DNA of 64,000 bases from Candidatus Omnitrophota bacterium (GTDB taxonomy: Bacteria > Omnitrophota > Gorgyraeia > JABMRN01 > RBG-13-46-9): assembly GCA_013203315.1 (NCBI GenBank), contig JABMQJ010000020.1, positions 64,001 to 128,000 on the forward strand, given 5' to 3'. The position numbers and the translations under genes are program-made. Position 1 is the first letter of the stretch. Each line of letters opens with the position of its first letter. The notes below the pieces were generated by a model. That model was not told the origin of the DNA and ran no database searches. It saw only the letters and a program-made list of their open reading frames with translations. Positions 17,836 through 27,867 of this stretch are shown here, in pieces.

Positions 17836-19080
17836 ATGTAGTGTTTTTCTATTGAGTGCCGCCTTCCAGAACAACGGAGTTCCGTCATAATCATATGAAA
17901 TTCCGCAGGCGAAGAACACTAATGTCATTATACAGACAAAGACAGAAAAATAAATAATTCTTTTATTTGTTACCCTTTTGAATAATAGATTAAAGATAGA
18001 CCCGGCCATAATCGCTATTCCTAGGGACGGAAAATAATACGAGCGGGAATTACTTGCAAACCCCACATCAAGCATGTATACAGCAAATCCTGAAATCATC
18101 CACAAATATCCCCACAGAAAATCGATGGCCGCATGTCTGGTTGTATATGTTTCGCCGGCATGCCGGGATGCAACATGAAAACAGGATAAGTAAAATATTA
18201 TTCCACTGGCTATAAAAATTAAAAAAACTGACAAGCTGCTTGTCAAAGCTGCGAAGCCTTCCGATATCCACTCCAATGAAAACATCGATAATAGCGCCCT
18301 GCAACCATGATACTGCACGGATAGAAAGACATGAAAGATTTTAAGCAAAGAGAGATGGGGGTTATTGGCATGCGGAAAAGTCATATAACAAACGGCATAA
18401 ATCGCCGGCCCGATTGACAACAGTAAACCCGTCTTCATCGTCCTTTCTATGACACTGCGCCATTTAACGGATTCTTTCAAAGATAAAATCATTTCAAATA
18501 CCGTTATTAAAATAATGCTTGATATAAATGAAGGGTGGCTTAAGCATACAAAAAATAGCAGAAAATTCAATGCTAAAATTGAAAAAAATCTGCTCCTAAA
18601 ACATGTTTGCCGCCTAAAGTTAAGAAAAAGAAGACTTATAAGAAGAAAAAGCAGAAGATGTAACGGCTGTGAGAGCCCCACAATATAGATCGACTCATAG
18701 GTTATTGGCATAACCAAGAATACTGAAGCAATTAATATGGAAATACTATAAGGTATTTTTATCCTGTATAATAATATCCAGAAAAAGTAGGCAGCCATGA
18801 AATGGAAAAACGCTATTATAAACTTGTGGAGAGGCGTTCCCAGTCTGTAAGCAAACCAGAGATAAACAGGGTCTAATGGGCGTGCAAAATATCCGATTCC
18901 AGTATGAAGCGACCTATCGAAAACAGTTTTTTTAAAAGCATCGGAAAAAGAATCGTTATCTAACATTTTATATGAATAGGGGATATCGTCAGCAAAATAA
19001 GGGGTTTTGTAACTCCACATTCCCCAGGCACAAAACCATATAGCAAGCATTCCTATGAAAACTATAAAGCATTTCTTCAT
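17821..19080 (-). CDS. Polytopic membrane protein, GT-C-like (possible glucosyltransferase)
   Basis: 419 aa, many TM segments, DD after TM1 (FADDIPY), FARPL, RSYYFP; stop codon lies inside the tRNA duplicate. Confidence 0.6.
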   Translation of the reverse strand: MKKCFIVFIGMLAIWFCAWGMWSYKTPYFADDIPYSYKMLDNDSFSDAFKKTVFDRSLHTGIGYFARPLDPVYLWFAYRLGTPLHKFIIAFFHFMAAYFFWILLYRIKIPYSISILIASVFLVMPITYESIYIVGLSQPLHLLLFLLISLLFLNFRRQTCFRSRFFSILALNFLLFFVCLSHPSFISSIILITVFEMILSLKESVKWRSVIERTMKTGLLLSIGPAIYAVCYMTFPHANNPHLSLLKIFHVFLSVQYHGCRALLSMFSLEWISEGFAALTSSLSVFLIFIASGIIFYLSCFHVASRHAGETYTTRHAAIDFLWGYLWMISGFAVYMLDVGFASNSRSYYFPSLGIAIMAGSIFNLLFKRVTNKRIIYFSVFVCIMTLVFFACGISYDYDGTPLFWKAALNRKTLHRFSF

Positions 19081-19089
19081 TTATTTAAG

Positions 19090-19167
19090 TGGTAGCCCCA
19101 ACGGGATTCGAACCCGTGTCTTCAGAATGAGAATCTGATGTCCTAGACCGGACTAGACGATGGGGCC
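19090..19167 (-). tRNA. tRNA-Glu(CTC)
   Basis: Cloverleaf; anticodon arm TCAGA-TTCTCAT-TCTGA; GGTTCGAATCC; encoded CCA. Confidence 0.95.
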
Positions 19168-19178
19168 ATGATTAAAAA

Positions 19179-19265
19179 TGGTGCGAGGAGGGGGATTCGA
19201 ACCCCCAAGAGCTTGCGCCCACCAGCCCCTCAAGCTGGCGTGTCTGCCAGTTTCACCATCCTCGC
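19179..19265 (-). tRNA. tRNA-Leu(GAG)
   Basis: Anticodon arm CCAGC-TTGAGGG-GCTGG; long variable arm; encoded CCA. Confidence 0.95.
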
Positions 19266-19293
19266 ATGTAGCTTGTTATTCTATCCTATTATT

Positions 19294-20964
19294 TTATTTT
19301 TTCAATAGAATTTTCTTCCACGTATCGCGCAAAGATACTATTCTATTAAATATTAGATTTTTATCGGAAGAGTCGACGCTGTCGACGCAAAAATAACCTT
19401 GTCGTTCGAATTGATAACGGCTGCCGGGTTTTGCATTTTTAAGACCAGGCTCCAATTGACACGATTGCAATACAATTAAAGAGTTTGGGTTTAAATTTGA
19501 TATAAAATCTTTTCCTTCTTCTGCTTCCTCCGGATCCCGCTTTGTAAAAAGCGTATCGTATAAGCGTACTTCAGCACTTACGGCATCTTGCGCTGAAACC
19601 CAATGAAGCGTTGCTTTGACTTTACGGCCATCGGGGGAATTGCCGCCCTTTGTAGCGGGGTCATACGTACAATGCAACTCGGTTACCTTGCCTGTTTTTT
19701 TATCCTTGATTACTTTTTCGCACTTAATGAAATACGCGTATCGCAGGCGTACTTCCTTGCCCGGAGATAAGCGGTAGAACTTCTTCGGCGGATCTTCCCG
19801 GAAGTCATCTTCTTCAATATAAAGTTCTTTCGAAAAAGGAACTTTTCTCGTCGAGGCGGACGGGTCTTCCGGATTGTTTATAGCGTCCAGTTCTTCTTTT
19901 TTGTTTTCCGGATAATTTGTAATTACTACTTTTAGCGGTTTTAAAACTGCCATAACGCGCTGAGATTTTTTATTTAGTTCCTCACGTATACTATTCTCGA
20001 GCACGACAAGATCTATAATGCTGTCAACTTTTGCGACACCTATGTGATCGCAGAAATTTCTTATGGATTCCGGGGTGTATCCGCGTCTTCGTAAGCCACC
20101 GAGCGTCGGCATTCGCGGGTCATCCCAGCCGCTCACGTATTTTTTCTTTATGAGATCCAGGAGTTTTCGTTTGCTCAAAATCGTATGGCTGATATTAAGC
20201 CTCGCGAACTCTATTTGCTGGGGATGATGCGCTCCGAGTTCATTAAGAATCCGGTCATACAGCGGCCTGTGCACGTCAAACTCTAAGGTACAAAGTGAAT
20301 GCGTTATTCCTTCGATGGAGTCGGATAAACAATGCGTAAAATCATAAGTAGGATAAATGCACCATTTGTCGCCTGTTCTATAATGTGATTTTTTTCTAAT
20401 ACGATAAAGAATCGGGTCGCGCATAAGCATGTTTGGAGACGCCATGTCGATTTTTGCGCGCAGTACCCGAGAACCGTTTTCAAATTCTCCTTTTTTCATG
20501 CGGCTAAATAAATCTAGATTTTCGTCGACCGTACGGTTCCGGTAGGGGCTATTTTTCCCGGGTTCTTTTACCGTACCGCGATATTTCCTGATTTCTTCAA
20601 GGTTTAGATCGCAAACATAGGCTTTTTCTTTGTTAATTAATTCGACTGCATAGCCGTAGAGTTTTTCGAAATAGTCGGATGCGAAGTACAGGCGATTTCC
20701 CCAATCAAATCCAAGCCATTTTACGTCTTCTTGAATTGACTTTACATATTCTATATTCTCTGTTTCGGGGTTTGTGTCGTCGAAACGTAGGTTGCAAAGA
20801 CCCTTATAGTCTTTTGCAATACCAAAACTAATGCAGATTGCCTTGGCGTGTCCTATGTGAAGATACCCGTTCGGTTCAGGCGGAAACCGGGTGTGAATCC
20901 GGCTTTCGTTTTTGTTAGCCTCTAAGTCTTTATCGATGATTTCACGAATGAAATTTGTGGTCAT
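19294..20964 (-). CDS. glnS: Glutamine--tRNA ligase
   Basis: [34 protein letters not shown]-like C-terminus (YQFERQGYF). Confidence 0.97.
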   Translation of the reverse strand: MTTNFIREIIDKDLEANKNESRIHTRFPPEPNGYLHIGHAKAICISFGIAKDYKGLCNLRFDDTNPETENIEYVKSIQEDVKWLGFDWGNRLYFASDYFEKLYGYAVELINKEKAYVCDLNLEEIRKYRGTVKEPGKNSPYRNRTVDENLDLFSRMKKGEFENGSRVLRAKIDMASPNMLMRDPILYRIRKKSHYRTGDKWCIYPTYDFTHCLSDSIEGITHSLCTLEFDVHRPLYDRILNELGAHHPQQIEFARLNISHTILSKRKLLDLIKKKYVSGWDDPRMPTLGGLRRRGYTPESIRNFCDHIGVAKVDSIIDLVVLENSIREELNKKSQRVMAVLKPLKVVITNYPENKKEELDAINNPEDPSASTRKVPFSKELYIEEDDFREDPPKKFYRLSPGKEVRLRYAYFIKCEKVIKDKKTGKVTELHCTYDPATKGGNSPDGRKVKATLHWVSAQDAVSAEVRLYDTLFTKRDPEEAEEGKDFISNLNPNSLIVLQSCQLEPGLKNAKPGSRYQFERQGYFCVDSVDSSDKNLIFNRIVSLRDTWKKILLKK

Positions 20965-20969
20965 ATGTT

Positions 20970-21043
20970 TGGTTGCCCAGCTAGGATTCGAACCTAGGCA
21001 AACTGCTCCAGAGGCAGTTGTGCTACCGTTACACCACCGGGCA
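20970..21043 (-). tRNA. tRNA-Gln(CTG)
   Basis: T1-A72 start; anticodon arm ACTGC-CTCTGGA-GCAGT; encoded CCA. Confidence 0.95.
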
Positions 21044-21046
21044 CTA

Positions 21047-22336
21047 TTATTTCAAAACTTTTGTCAGTCTTTCAGTTACCTTACTCTTACCAAGAAGTTC
21101 CATCATTTCGAATAGTCCGGCGCCGCGAGTCATTCCGCTTATCGCGACCCTTGTCGGATGAATGACAGCGGCCGGTTTCAGGCCGTATTTCTCAGCGGTG
21201 CTTCTACAGAGTTTCTCAATTTCTTCTTTGTTATAATTTTGCAGTTTTTGAAGTTCGTCTTTAAATTCTGAAAGCGCTTTTTTTGTTTCGGTGTCTTTTA
21301 AGTGTTTATCGAGCTTCTTTTGCGCTTTTTCGTCCATAGGAAAATCATCCGTAAAGAAACATTTTGTAAGTTCTTCGAATTCATCGAATGTGCGGAATCT
21401 TGTTTTATAAAGTTCCACTATCTTTTCAAGCTGTGCTGCACTGATGTCACTTTTTATTTTTCCCGCGTTTTTTAATAGGGCCAGTAAATCCTTTGTGCTC
21501 TTATTTCTAATGTATTCGCCGTTAATCCATTTCAGTTTATCTACGTCAAATTTCGCTTGGACATTGCCGAGATCCTCTACTGTAAATAGTTTAGCGGCTT
21601 CCACGGAAGTTATAATTTCTTTGCCCTCGCCGGGGGACCAGCCAAGCAGCAAAAGATAGTTTGCCATGGCCTCGGGTAAAAAACCTTCATTCCTATATTC
21701 GGAAACTGCCACGGCGCCGTGCCGCTTGGAAAGCTTGGATCCGTCTTTACCCATCATAAGGGGCATGTGCGCGAACTTTGGTAGTTCGAGATTTAAGGCC
21801 TTATAAAACAATACCTGTTTAGGGGTGTTTGATACGTGGTCATCGCCCCTTATTATATGCGTTATGCCCATTTCGTGGTCGTCTATAACACACGCGAAAT
21901 TGTATGCCGCGAGTCCGTTTGATTTTATTAAAACCTGGTCTTTTATTTCGTCGGTATTAAAAATTATTTCTCCGTGCACTATGTCGTCTATTTTAATCTC
22001 GTGTGATTTTTCGACTTTAAATATAATCGCCTCGCCTTCTTTGTAGGCAAGACCCTTATCGAGAAGTTTTAAGGCGTACTCTTTATAGGTAGAGACGCGC
22101 TGGGATTGATAAATCGGTCCTTCGTCCCAATTTATACCGAGCCATTTAAGGTCATCTAATATTTCGTCTAAAAATTCTTTTTTTGAGCGCTCTTTATCAG
22201 TATCCTCTATACGGAGTATGAGCTTTCCGCCGGTATGCCTGGCATAAAGCCAGTTAAATAGGGCAGTTCTCGCGCTTCCTAAGTGTAGAAAACCTGTAGG
22301 GCTTGGGGCGAATCGAACGCGAACTTGGTTTTTCAT
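21047..22336 (-). CDS. gltX: Glutamate--tRNA ligase
   Basis: [27 protein letters not shown]; anticodon-binding domain present. Confidence 0.97.
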   Translation of the reverse strand: MKNQVRVRFAPSPTGFLHLGSARTALFNWLYARHTGGKLILRIEDTDKERSKKEFLDEILDDLKWLGINWDEGPIYQSQRVSTYKEYALKLLDKGLAYKEGEAIIFKVEKSHEIKIDDIVHGEIIFNTDEIKDQVLIKSNGLAAYNFACVIDDHEMGITHIIRGDDHVSNTPKQVLFYKALNLELPKFAHMPLMMGKDGSKLSKRHGAVAVSEYRNEGFLPEAMANYLLLLGWSPGEGKEIITSVEAAKLFTVEDLGNVQAKFDVDKLKWINGEYIRNKSTKDLLALLKNAGKIKSDISAAQLEKIVELYKTRFRTFDEFEELTKCFFTDDFPMDEKAQKKLDKHLKDTETKKALSEFKDELQKLQNYNKEEIEKLCRSTAEKYGLKPAAVIHPTRVAISGMTRGAGLFEMMELLGKSKVTERLTKVLK

Positions 22337-22875
22337 ACAGAATCGTAGCCTAATTTTATCGCTTTTTTATTAATGGCAATCAGGTCTTTTTTTGACGGCA
22401 GCATTTTTGGTAATTCATCCAACACGTTTTTTAAAGGAAATAGTTTTTTTAATTTAATAAAAGCACCTACGGCAATCATATTCGCGACTTTAACGTTGCC
22501 TAGTTCGGAGGCAAGCTCCGTAAGCGGAATAGCTACGATTCTTACCGACCTTTTCTCTATAATCTGGTCTACCATGGAAGTGTTAACTATCAAAAGCCCG
22601 CCTTTTTCTATTCTTTCCATGAATTTAATCAGTGACGGCTTGTTCATAACAATGCAGGTGGTGGGTTTTAAAATCGTGGGGGCAGCAATTTTCCCGCAGC
22701 TTATGTGTACCATTGAATGAGCCGTTCCGCCTCTTACCTCGGCGCCATACGAAGGGAGCCACGTCACGGTATAGCCTTCCCTCATGCCGGCTTCCGCAAG
22801 GAGCTTGCCCATAAGCATTATTCCCTGCCCACCAAAACCGGCGCATATTATTTTTTCATGCATTTTTTTATTCAT
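22333..22875 (-). CDS. 2-oxoacid:ferredoxin oxidoreductase gamma subunit
   Basis: AGFGGQG, PSYGAEVRGG, ANMIAVGA. Confidence 0.93.
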   Translation of the reverse strand: MNKKMHEKIICAGFGGQGIMLMGKLLAEAGMREGYTVTWLPSYGAEVRGGTAHSMVHISCGKIAAPTILKPTTCIVMNKPSLIKFMERIEKGGLLIVNTSMVDQIIEKRSVRIVAIPLTELASELGNVKVANMIAVGAFIKLKKLFPLKNVLDELPKMLPSKKDLIAINKKAIKLGYDSV

Positions 22876-22904
22876 ATAACTCGCCTGATACCGCTATTTG
22901 CGCA

Positions 22905-23639
22905 TTACCCCTTAAGAACGCCTAAAGGGTATACTTTCTGTATGTCTTTCTCTATCCTCTTGCACGAATCTTCAGGTGACATTCCCCAGTATGTAGGGCA
23001 CATCGAAAGAACCTCAACCATGGAAAAGCCTTCGTTTTTAATTTGAATTTCGAACGCTTTTTTTATGGCTCTTTTTGTTCTTAAAATTTCTTTAGGGCTG
23101 GAGACCGCTGTTCGCTCGATATATTTCGCGCCTTCTAATATAGCAATCATTTCGGAAATTTTTAAAGGGAAGCCGTCTCTTTTCAGGTCTCTTCCTTTTT
23201 TTGTTGTAGTTGTCCTTTGCCCGACTATTGTCGTGGGCGCCATTTGGCCGCCCGTCATGCCGTAGACCCCGTTATTTACGAAAATTACCGTAATGTTTTC
23301 TCCTCTGTTTGCTGCATGAATGGTCTCTGCGGTTCCTATCGCGGCTAAGTCTCCGTCGCCCTGGTAGGTAAAAACGACCTTTTCGGGGTAAACTCTTTTT
23401 ATACCCGTTGCGACAGCCGGCGTTCTCCCGTGCGCAGCTTCTGTGGTATCAAAATTCCAGTAGTCATATGCGATAACAGCGCATCCTACCGGCGCAACGG
23501 CGATTACTTTCTCTCTTATGCCGAGTTCGTCTATTACTTCGCACACTAACCTATGAATAATGCCGTGGCCGCATCCCGCGCAATAGTGCGTTAAGGCGTC
23601 TTTCATTGAATTTGGTTTTTTAAAAATTATTTTTTCCAT
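22905..23639 (-). CDS. 2-oxoacid:ferredoxin oxidoreductase beta (TPP-binding) subunit
   Basis: YCAGCGHG, GDGD..NN, YGMTGGQ, CPT. Confidence 0.93.
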   Translation of the reverse strand: MEKIIFKKPNSMKDALTHYCAGCGHGIIHRLVCEVIDELGIREKVIAVAPVGCAVIAYDYWNFDTTEAAHGRTPAVATGIKRVYPEKVVFTYQGDGDLAAIGTAETIHAANRGENITVIFVNNGVYGMTGGQMAPTTIVGQRTTTTKKGRDLKRDGFPLKISEMIAILEGAKYIERTAVSSPKEILRTKRAIKKAFEIQIKNEGFSMVEVLSMCPTYWGMSPEDSCKRIEKDIQKVYPLGVLKG

Positions 23640-23641
23640 TT

Positions 23642-24700
23642 TTATTTAAGGCTTAAAGCTTTCTCCATAATTTCTTCTTCGCTCGGAATGCCGCCGCCTG
23701 TCCTGCCGTAAAAAGATACTTTTTTATCGTTTTGCACGGCCAGCCGAACGTCTTCTACCATCTGGCCGGTGCTCATTTCAACGACCAAAAATTTTGTGCT
23801 GCCGGTACCGAGCTTTCTTAACGCTTTATACGGAAAAGGCCAAAGGCTTATGGGCCGGAATAATCCTGCTTTTATTTTCTTCTCTCTTAATCGATCCACA
23901 CAGGCCTTGGCAATGCGACCTGATGTACCGTAAGCGGCGATTATTATTTTGGCATCCTCTGTTTTATATTGTTCCAATCGTGTTTCGTTCTTTTTTATTA
24001 ATTCATATTTCTTTTGCAATCTCCTGTTAAGATCTTCTAATTCTCCGTCTTTCAAAAGTAAGGATCTTATCTTATTGGGCTTTCTTCCCTTACAACCTGT
24101 CAATGCCCAGGGTTTAGATTTTTGTTTTTTAGCTCTGGATTTTTGGTTTATTTCCACAGCTTCCATCATCTGCCCGAGTATTCCGTCGCCCAATATAATG
24201 ACGGGGCTTCTGTACTTATCCGCTATATCAAAAGCTGTCCGGGTAAGATCCATCATTTCCTGGCATGAGGCGGGCGCCAAAACCGTGCAATGATAATCCC
24301 CGTGGCCTCCGCCCTTTGTGGCTTGAAAATAATCCGCTTGGCTTGGGGCAATGTTGCCGAGGCCGGGGCCCCCTCTCATAATATTGACAATAACAGCTGG
24401 GAGTTCGCATCCTGCAAGGTAGGAAATGCCTTCCTGTTTCAGGCTTATCCCGGGGCTTGAAGACGTGGTAATTGCTCTTGCGCCCGCTACCGATGCGCCA
24501 AAGACCATGTTTATGGCCGCAAGCTCACTTTCGGCCTGTATGAAAACACCTCCCGTTTCATCCATGCGCTTAGACATATAAGCGGTCAATTCATTCTGCG
24601 GCGTAATCGGATACCCGGCATAAAATCGGCACCCGGCCTGGATGGCCCCTTCGCCGCAGGCTTCGTTACCGGTTATTAATATACGATTTTTTGTTTTCAT
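23642..24700 (-). CDS. 2-oxoacid:ferredoxin oxidoreductase alpha subunit (VOR/KGOR type)
   Basis: GNEA, YAGYPITPQ, QAESE, SSSPGISLKQE; start at 24700 (ATGA overlap). Confidence 0.93.
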   Translation of the reverse strand: MKTKNRILITGNEACGEGAIQAGCRFYAGYPITPQNELTAYMSKRMDETGGVFIQAESELAAINMVFGASVAGARAITTSSSPGISLKQEGISYLAGCELPAVIVNIMRGGPGLGNIAPSQADYFQATKGGGHGDYHCTVLAPASCQEMMDLTRTAFDIADKYRSPVIILGDGILGQMMEAVEINQKSRAKKQKSKPWALTGCKGRKPNKIRSLLLKDGELEDLNRRLQKKYELIKKNETRLEQYKTEDAKIIIAAYGTSGRIAKACVDRLREKKIKAGLFRPISLWPFPYKALRKLGTGSTKFLVVEMSTGQMVEDVRLAVQNDKKVSFYGRTGGGIPSEEEIMEKALSLK

Positions 24701-24903
24701 CTCCATACCTCGATGCATACGTCGGGACAAATTATTGCGCACATGGCGCAGCCCGTGCATTTTTTGTTCTTTTCTTTAAATTCCACGCAATGAATGCCGC
24801 GTTTGTTCAGTTTTTTAGAGCGGACGATAAGTCCATTCGAACAAACTGACAAGCAAAGCATGCATCCTTTACATTTTTCTTTATCTATTTTTATTTTTGC
24901 CAT
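24697..24903 (-). CDS. 2[4Fe-4S] ferredoxin (oxidoreductase delta subunit)
   Basis: Two CxxCxxCxxxC motifs. Confidence 0.92.
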   Translation of the reverse strand: MAKIKIDKEKCKGCMLCLSVCSNGLIVRSKKLNKRGIHCVEFKEKNKKCTGCAMCAIICPDVCIEVWR

Positions 24904-26783
24904 GTTTTTTTCTCAAAGAATTCATTTTTTATCGTTTCGCAAATCTCATCCGCTGTAAGATGATATTCTTTTAGCAATTCTTCTCTTTTCCCGTGCGCGA
25001 TAAACTGATCCGGAAGGCCGAGTCTCTCTATTTTTACATTTTCTATGTTTTCTCTCTCGAAAAACTCAAGGACCACACTGCCAAAACCTCCCGTTGCGAC
25101 GCCCTCCTCAAGTGTTACTACTTTTTTTATCTCTTTTGTCAGGTTTTCGATTATTTCTTTATCCAGCGGTTTTACAAACCTTGCGTTTACAACCGTAGCC
25201 TCTATTCCATCGGCAGATAAAAGATCTGCTGCTTTTACCGCAACTGAAACCATGCTGCCTATAGCAAAAATCGCTATGTCGCGCCCTTTTCTTAAGGTTT
25301 GTGATTTGCCTAATTCAATTTTTTCAAAACTTGACCCGGAAAGGTGCGACTGGGCGCTCCCTTTTGGATACCTGATCGCTACGGGTGAGTCTAAATTAAC
25401 AGCGAACTCAAGCATTGCTCCTAGCTCAAGACCGTCCCTCGGCGCCATGACCACAAGGTTCGGAATGTGGCGCAGGTATGCGATATCAAACACGCCATGA
25501 TGTGTCGGGCCGTCTTCTCCTGCCAACCCTGCCCGGTCAAGACAAAACACAACGGGTAAATTCTGCAGGCTCACGTCATGTATTATCTGATCGTAACCCC
25601 TCTGCAAAAATGTGGAATAAATGGCTACGATCGGTCTCAAGCCCTGATGCGCTAACCCGGCACTGAAAGCAACCGCGTGTTCTTCCGCTATGCCCACATC
25701 AAAGAATCTATTGGGGAATTCCCTGGAAAATTTTGCAAGCCCTGTTCCGTCCGGCATGGCGGCTGTTATCGCCACTATTCTTTTATCTTTCCTGGCAAGT
25801 TCTACTATTCTATCGGAAAATATCTCTGTAAAACTTTTCGGTCCCTCTTTAGCTAAGGCCTTGCCCGACTTGGCGTCGAAAGGTGGCGTACCATGAAAAA
25901 GACTGGGTTTTTCTTCGGAGAATTTGTAGCCCTTACCCTTTTTGGTAACTACGTGCACAACTATGGGCTCCCGCAAAGACGCAATATTGCGAAACATCGT
26001 GATTAATTCGTTTATGTCGTGGCCATTTATGGGGCCGAAATACCTGAAACCTAATCCCTCAAAAAACATTCCCGGAATCAGCAAATTCTTTAACGATTCT
26101 TCCAGCTTTCTCGCGGCCCTGAAAGTCTTAAAACCGAATATTGGAATCCGCTTAACCAGAATTTGCATCTGGCGCCGCACTTTGTTATAGACTGGGTTTG
26201 CTAAAATCCTGTTTAAATGCCTGCTTAAAGCGCCCACGCTCCTTGAGATAGAAAGTTCGTTGTCGTTTAAGATAACTATGATATCCTTTTTCATATGCCC
26301 GGCGTGATTAAGCCCTTCCAGCGCCATACCGTTAGCCAGAGACGCGTCTCCTATAACTGCGATCGCCTTCCACGTTTCGTTTTTCAGGTCTCTGGCGCAG
26401 GCAAGGCCGAGCGCCGTAGATATGGAGGTTGAGCTGTGCCCGCAAGTAAATGTATCGTATTTACTCTCCGTGCGGGAAGGAAAACCGCTTATGCCGCCCA
26501 GCTGCCTTAGCGTATCGAAAGCCTTAGCCCTTCCTGTCAGTATCTTGTGGGGATAGGCTTGGTGTCCTACGTCCCAGATGATTTTGTCTTTTGGCATATT
26601 GAAACAATAATGCAGGGAAATAGCAAGTTCCACCGCCCCAAGGCTTGACGCGAGGTGGCCGCCTCTTTTAGAGACAACATCGATGATTTTTTCTCGTATC
26701 TCGCCGGCTAAAAGCGGTAAATCTTTGATCGGTACTTCTTTTAGGTCATCCGGTGAATTGATTTTGTTGATCAGATTTCCCAT
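24891..26783 (-). CDS. dxs: 1-deoxy-D-xylulose-5-phosphate synthase
   Basis: GGHLASSLG, WDVGHQAY, GHSSTSIS, DVGIAEEHA, DRAGLAGEDGPTHHG. Confidence 0.97.
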   Translation of the reverse strand: MGNLINKINSPDDLKEVPIKDLPLLAGEIREKIIDVVSKRGGHLASSLGAVELAISLHYCFNMPKDKIIWDVGHQAYPHKILTGRAKAFDTLRQLGGISGFPSRTESKYDTFTCGHSSTSISTALGLACARDLKNETWKAIAVIGDASLANGMALEGLNHAGHMKKDIIVILNDNELSISRSVGALSRHLNRILANPVYNKVRRQMQILVKRIPIFGFKTFRAARKLEESLKNLLIPGMFFEGLGFRYFGPINGHDINELITMFRNIASLREPIVVHVVTKKGKGYKFSEEKPSLFHGTPPFDAKSGKALAKEGPKSFTEIFSDRIVELARKDKRIVAITAAMPDGTGLAKFSREFPNRFFDVGIAEEHAVAFSAGLAHQGLRPIVAIYSTFLQRGYDQIIHDVSLQNLPVVFCLDRAGLAGEDGPTHHGVFDIAYLRHIPNLVVMAPRDGLELGAMLEFAVNLDSPVAIRYPKGSAQSHLSGSSFEKIELGKSQTLRKGRDIAIFAIGSMVSVAVKAADLLSADGIEATVVNARFVKPLDKEIIENLTKEIKKVVTLEEGVATGGFGSVVLEFFERENIENVKIERLGLPDQFIAHGKREELLKEYHLTADEICETIKNEFFEKKTWQK

Positions 26784-27631
26784 ATTTTTTCCAATACTCT
26801 ATCTGCCATGTAGCTCAATGTAGCTGCCTTTTTCCCGAAAGGCGCGATATGACCTTTTGCTTTTGAAATAAAAAATTCCGTTTTCTTTTTCATTTTACCC
26901 AGCGCGTGGGAATTGTGTTGTAAATCTACGATGTCATCGGCAACCTGAAAAGCGAGCCCTAAACTTATACCGAATTCGTGTATTTTTTTCGTGTCTTTTG
27001 TTTTAGCCCCGGCTGCCAACGCCCCCACCTTACACGCGCATCCCATGAGCGCTGCTGTTTTCATGTTGTCAATTTTGGTTTTGAGCTTTTTATTTTTCTT
27101 GGGCCCGTTTTCATATTCCAAATCGAGCGCCTGGCCCCCTACCATGTTTCCTGCGCCTATGGCTTCTGAAACGAAAGAAGCTACTTTGAGGGCGCAATTT
27201 TCTTTTGATTCCGAGATTATCCCGAAAGCAAGGTTGAGAAGCGCATCCCCCGTTAGTATCGCCATGGCCTCTCCGAATCTTTTGTGGCACGTAGGCTTTC
27301 CTCTTCTGAAATCGTCGTTATCCATGGCCGGCAGGTCATCATGAACAAGAGAGAAATTATGTATCAGCTCTATGGCGCAGGCAAACGGCAGGGCTTTTTT
27401 TAAATTGCCGCCTAAAGCCTTGCAGCTTTCTACCGTCAATACCGGCCTTAGTCTTTTACCGCCTGTAAAAACGGAATACTCCATGGCCTTTTTTAAAATA
27501 CGCGGTCCTTTGAGCGCGCTCAAATATTTTTTTAAGGCGTGATCTATGAGCGCTTTATCGCGCTTATAGCCTTCTTTATTCTTTTTGCCCCTCGGCTTCA
27601 CCCGGAACTCCCTTCGATCACTTTTTCGCAA
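26771..27631 (-). CDS. ispA: Farnesyl/polyprenyl diphosphate synthase
   Basis: GGKRLRP, HDDLPAMDNDDFRRG, GGQALD, FQVADD; xseAB-ispA-dxs synteny. Confidence 0.9.
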   Translation of the reverse strand: MRKSDRREFRVKPRGKKNKEGYKRDKALIDHALKKYLSALKGPRILKKAMEYSVFTGGKRLRPVLTVESCKALGGNLKKALPFACAIELIHNFSLVHDDLPAMDNDDFRRGKPTCHKRFGEAMAILTGDALLNLAFGIISESKENCALKVASFVSEAIGAGNMVGGQALDLEYENGPKKNKKLKTKIDNMKTAALMGCACKVGALAAGAKTKDTKKIHEFGISLGLAFQVADDIVDLQHNSHALGKMKKKTEFFISKAKGHIAPFGKKAATLSYMADRVLEKIWEI

Positions 27632-27854
27632 TTTCTTCTCCGAACGGTTCTGTTTTAATTTTTCCGTTTTTTGTTTTGACTAAGATCTCGATTTTTTTCT
27701 TGGCTTGTTCAAGCTTTTTCCTGCAAGTCACCAGAAGCCCGACACCTTCTTCGTATTTCGCCAGGGACTTATCGAGCGAGAGCTCTCCGCCTTCGAGTTC
27801 TTCGACAATATCTTCTAGTTTTTTAAGTGCTTCTTCAAATTTTATTTCTGCCAT
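27618..27854 (-). CDS. xseB: Exodeoxyribonuclease VII small subunit
   Basis: FEEALKKLEDIVEELE..LDKSL..YEEG. Confidence 0.95.
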   Translation of the reverse strand: MAEIKFEEALKKLEDIVEELEGGELSLDKSLAKYEEGVGLLVTCRKKLEQAKKKIEILVKTKNGKIKTEPFGEEIAKK

Positions 27855-27867
27855 GGTTCCCCCACTA

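Noticed and set aside
14258-19136. Prophage or integrative conjugative element at tRNA-Glu
   Set aside because: No integrase, phage structural or conjugation genes are present
19178-19396. 72-aa ORF, and similar ORFs at 20912-21115, 44227-44527 and the 54600-54683 extension
   Set aside because: These are translations of tRNA genes
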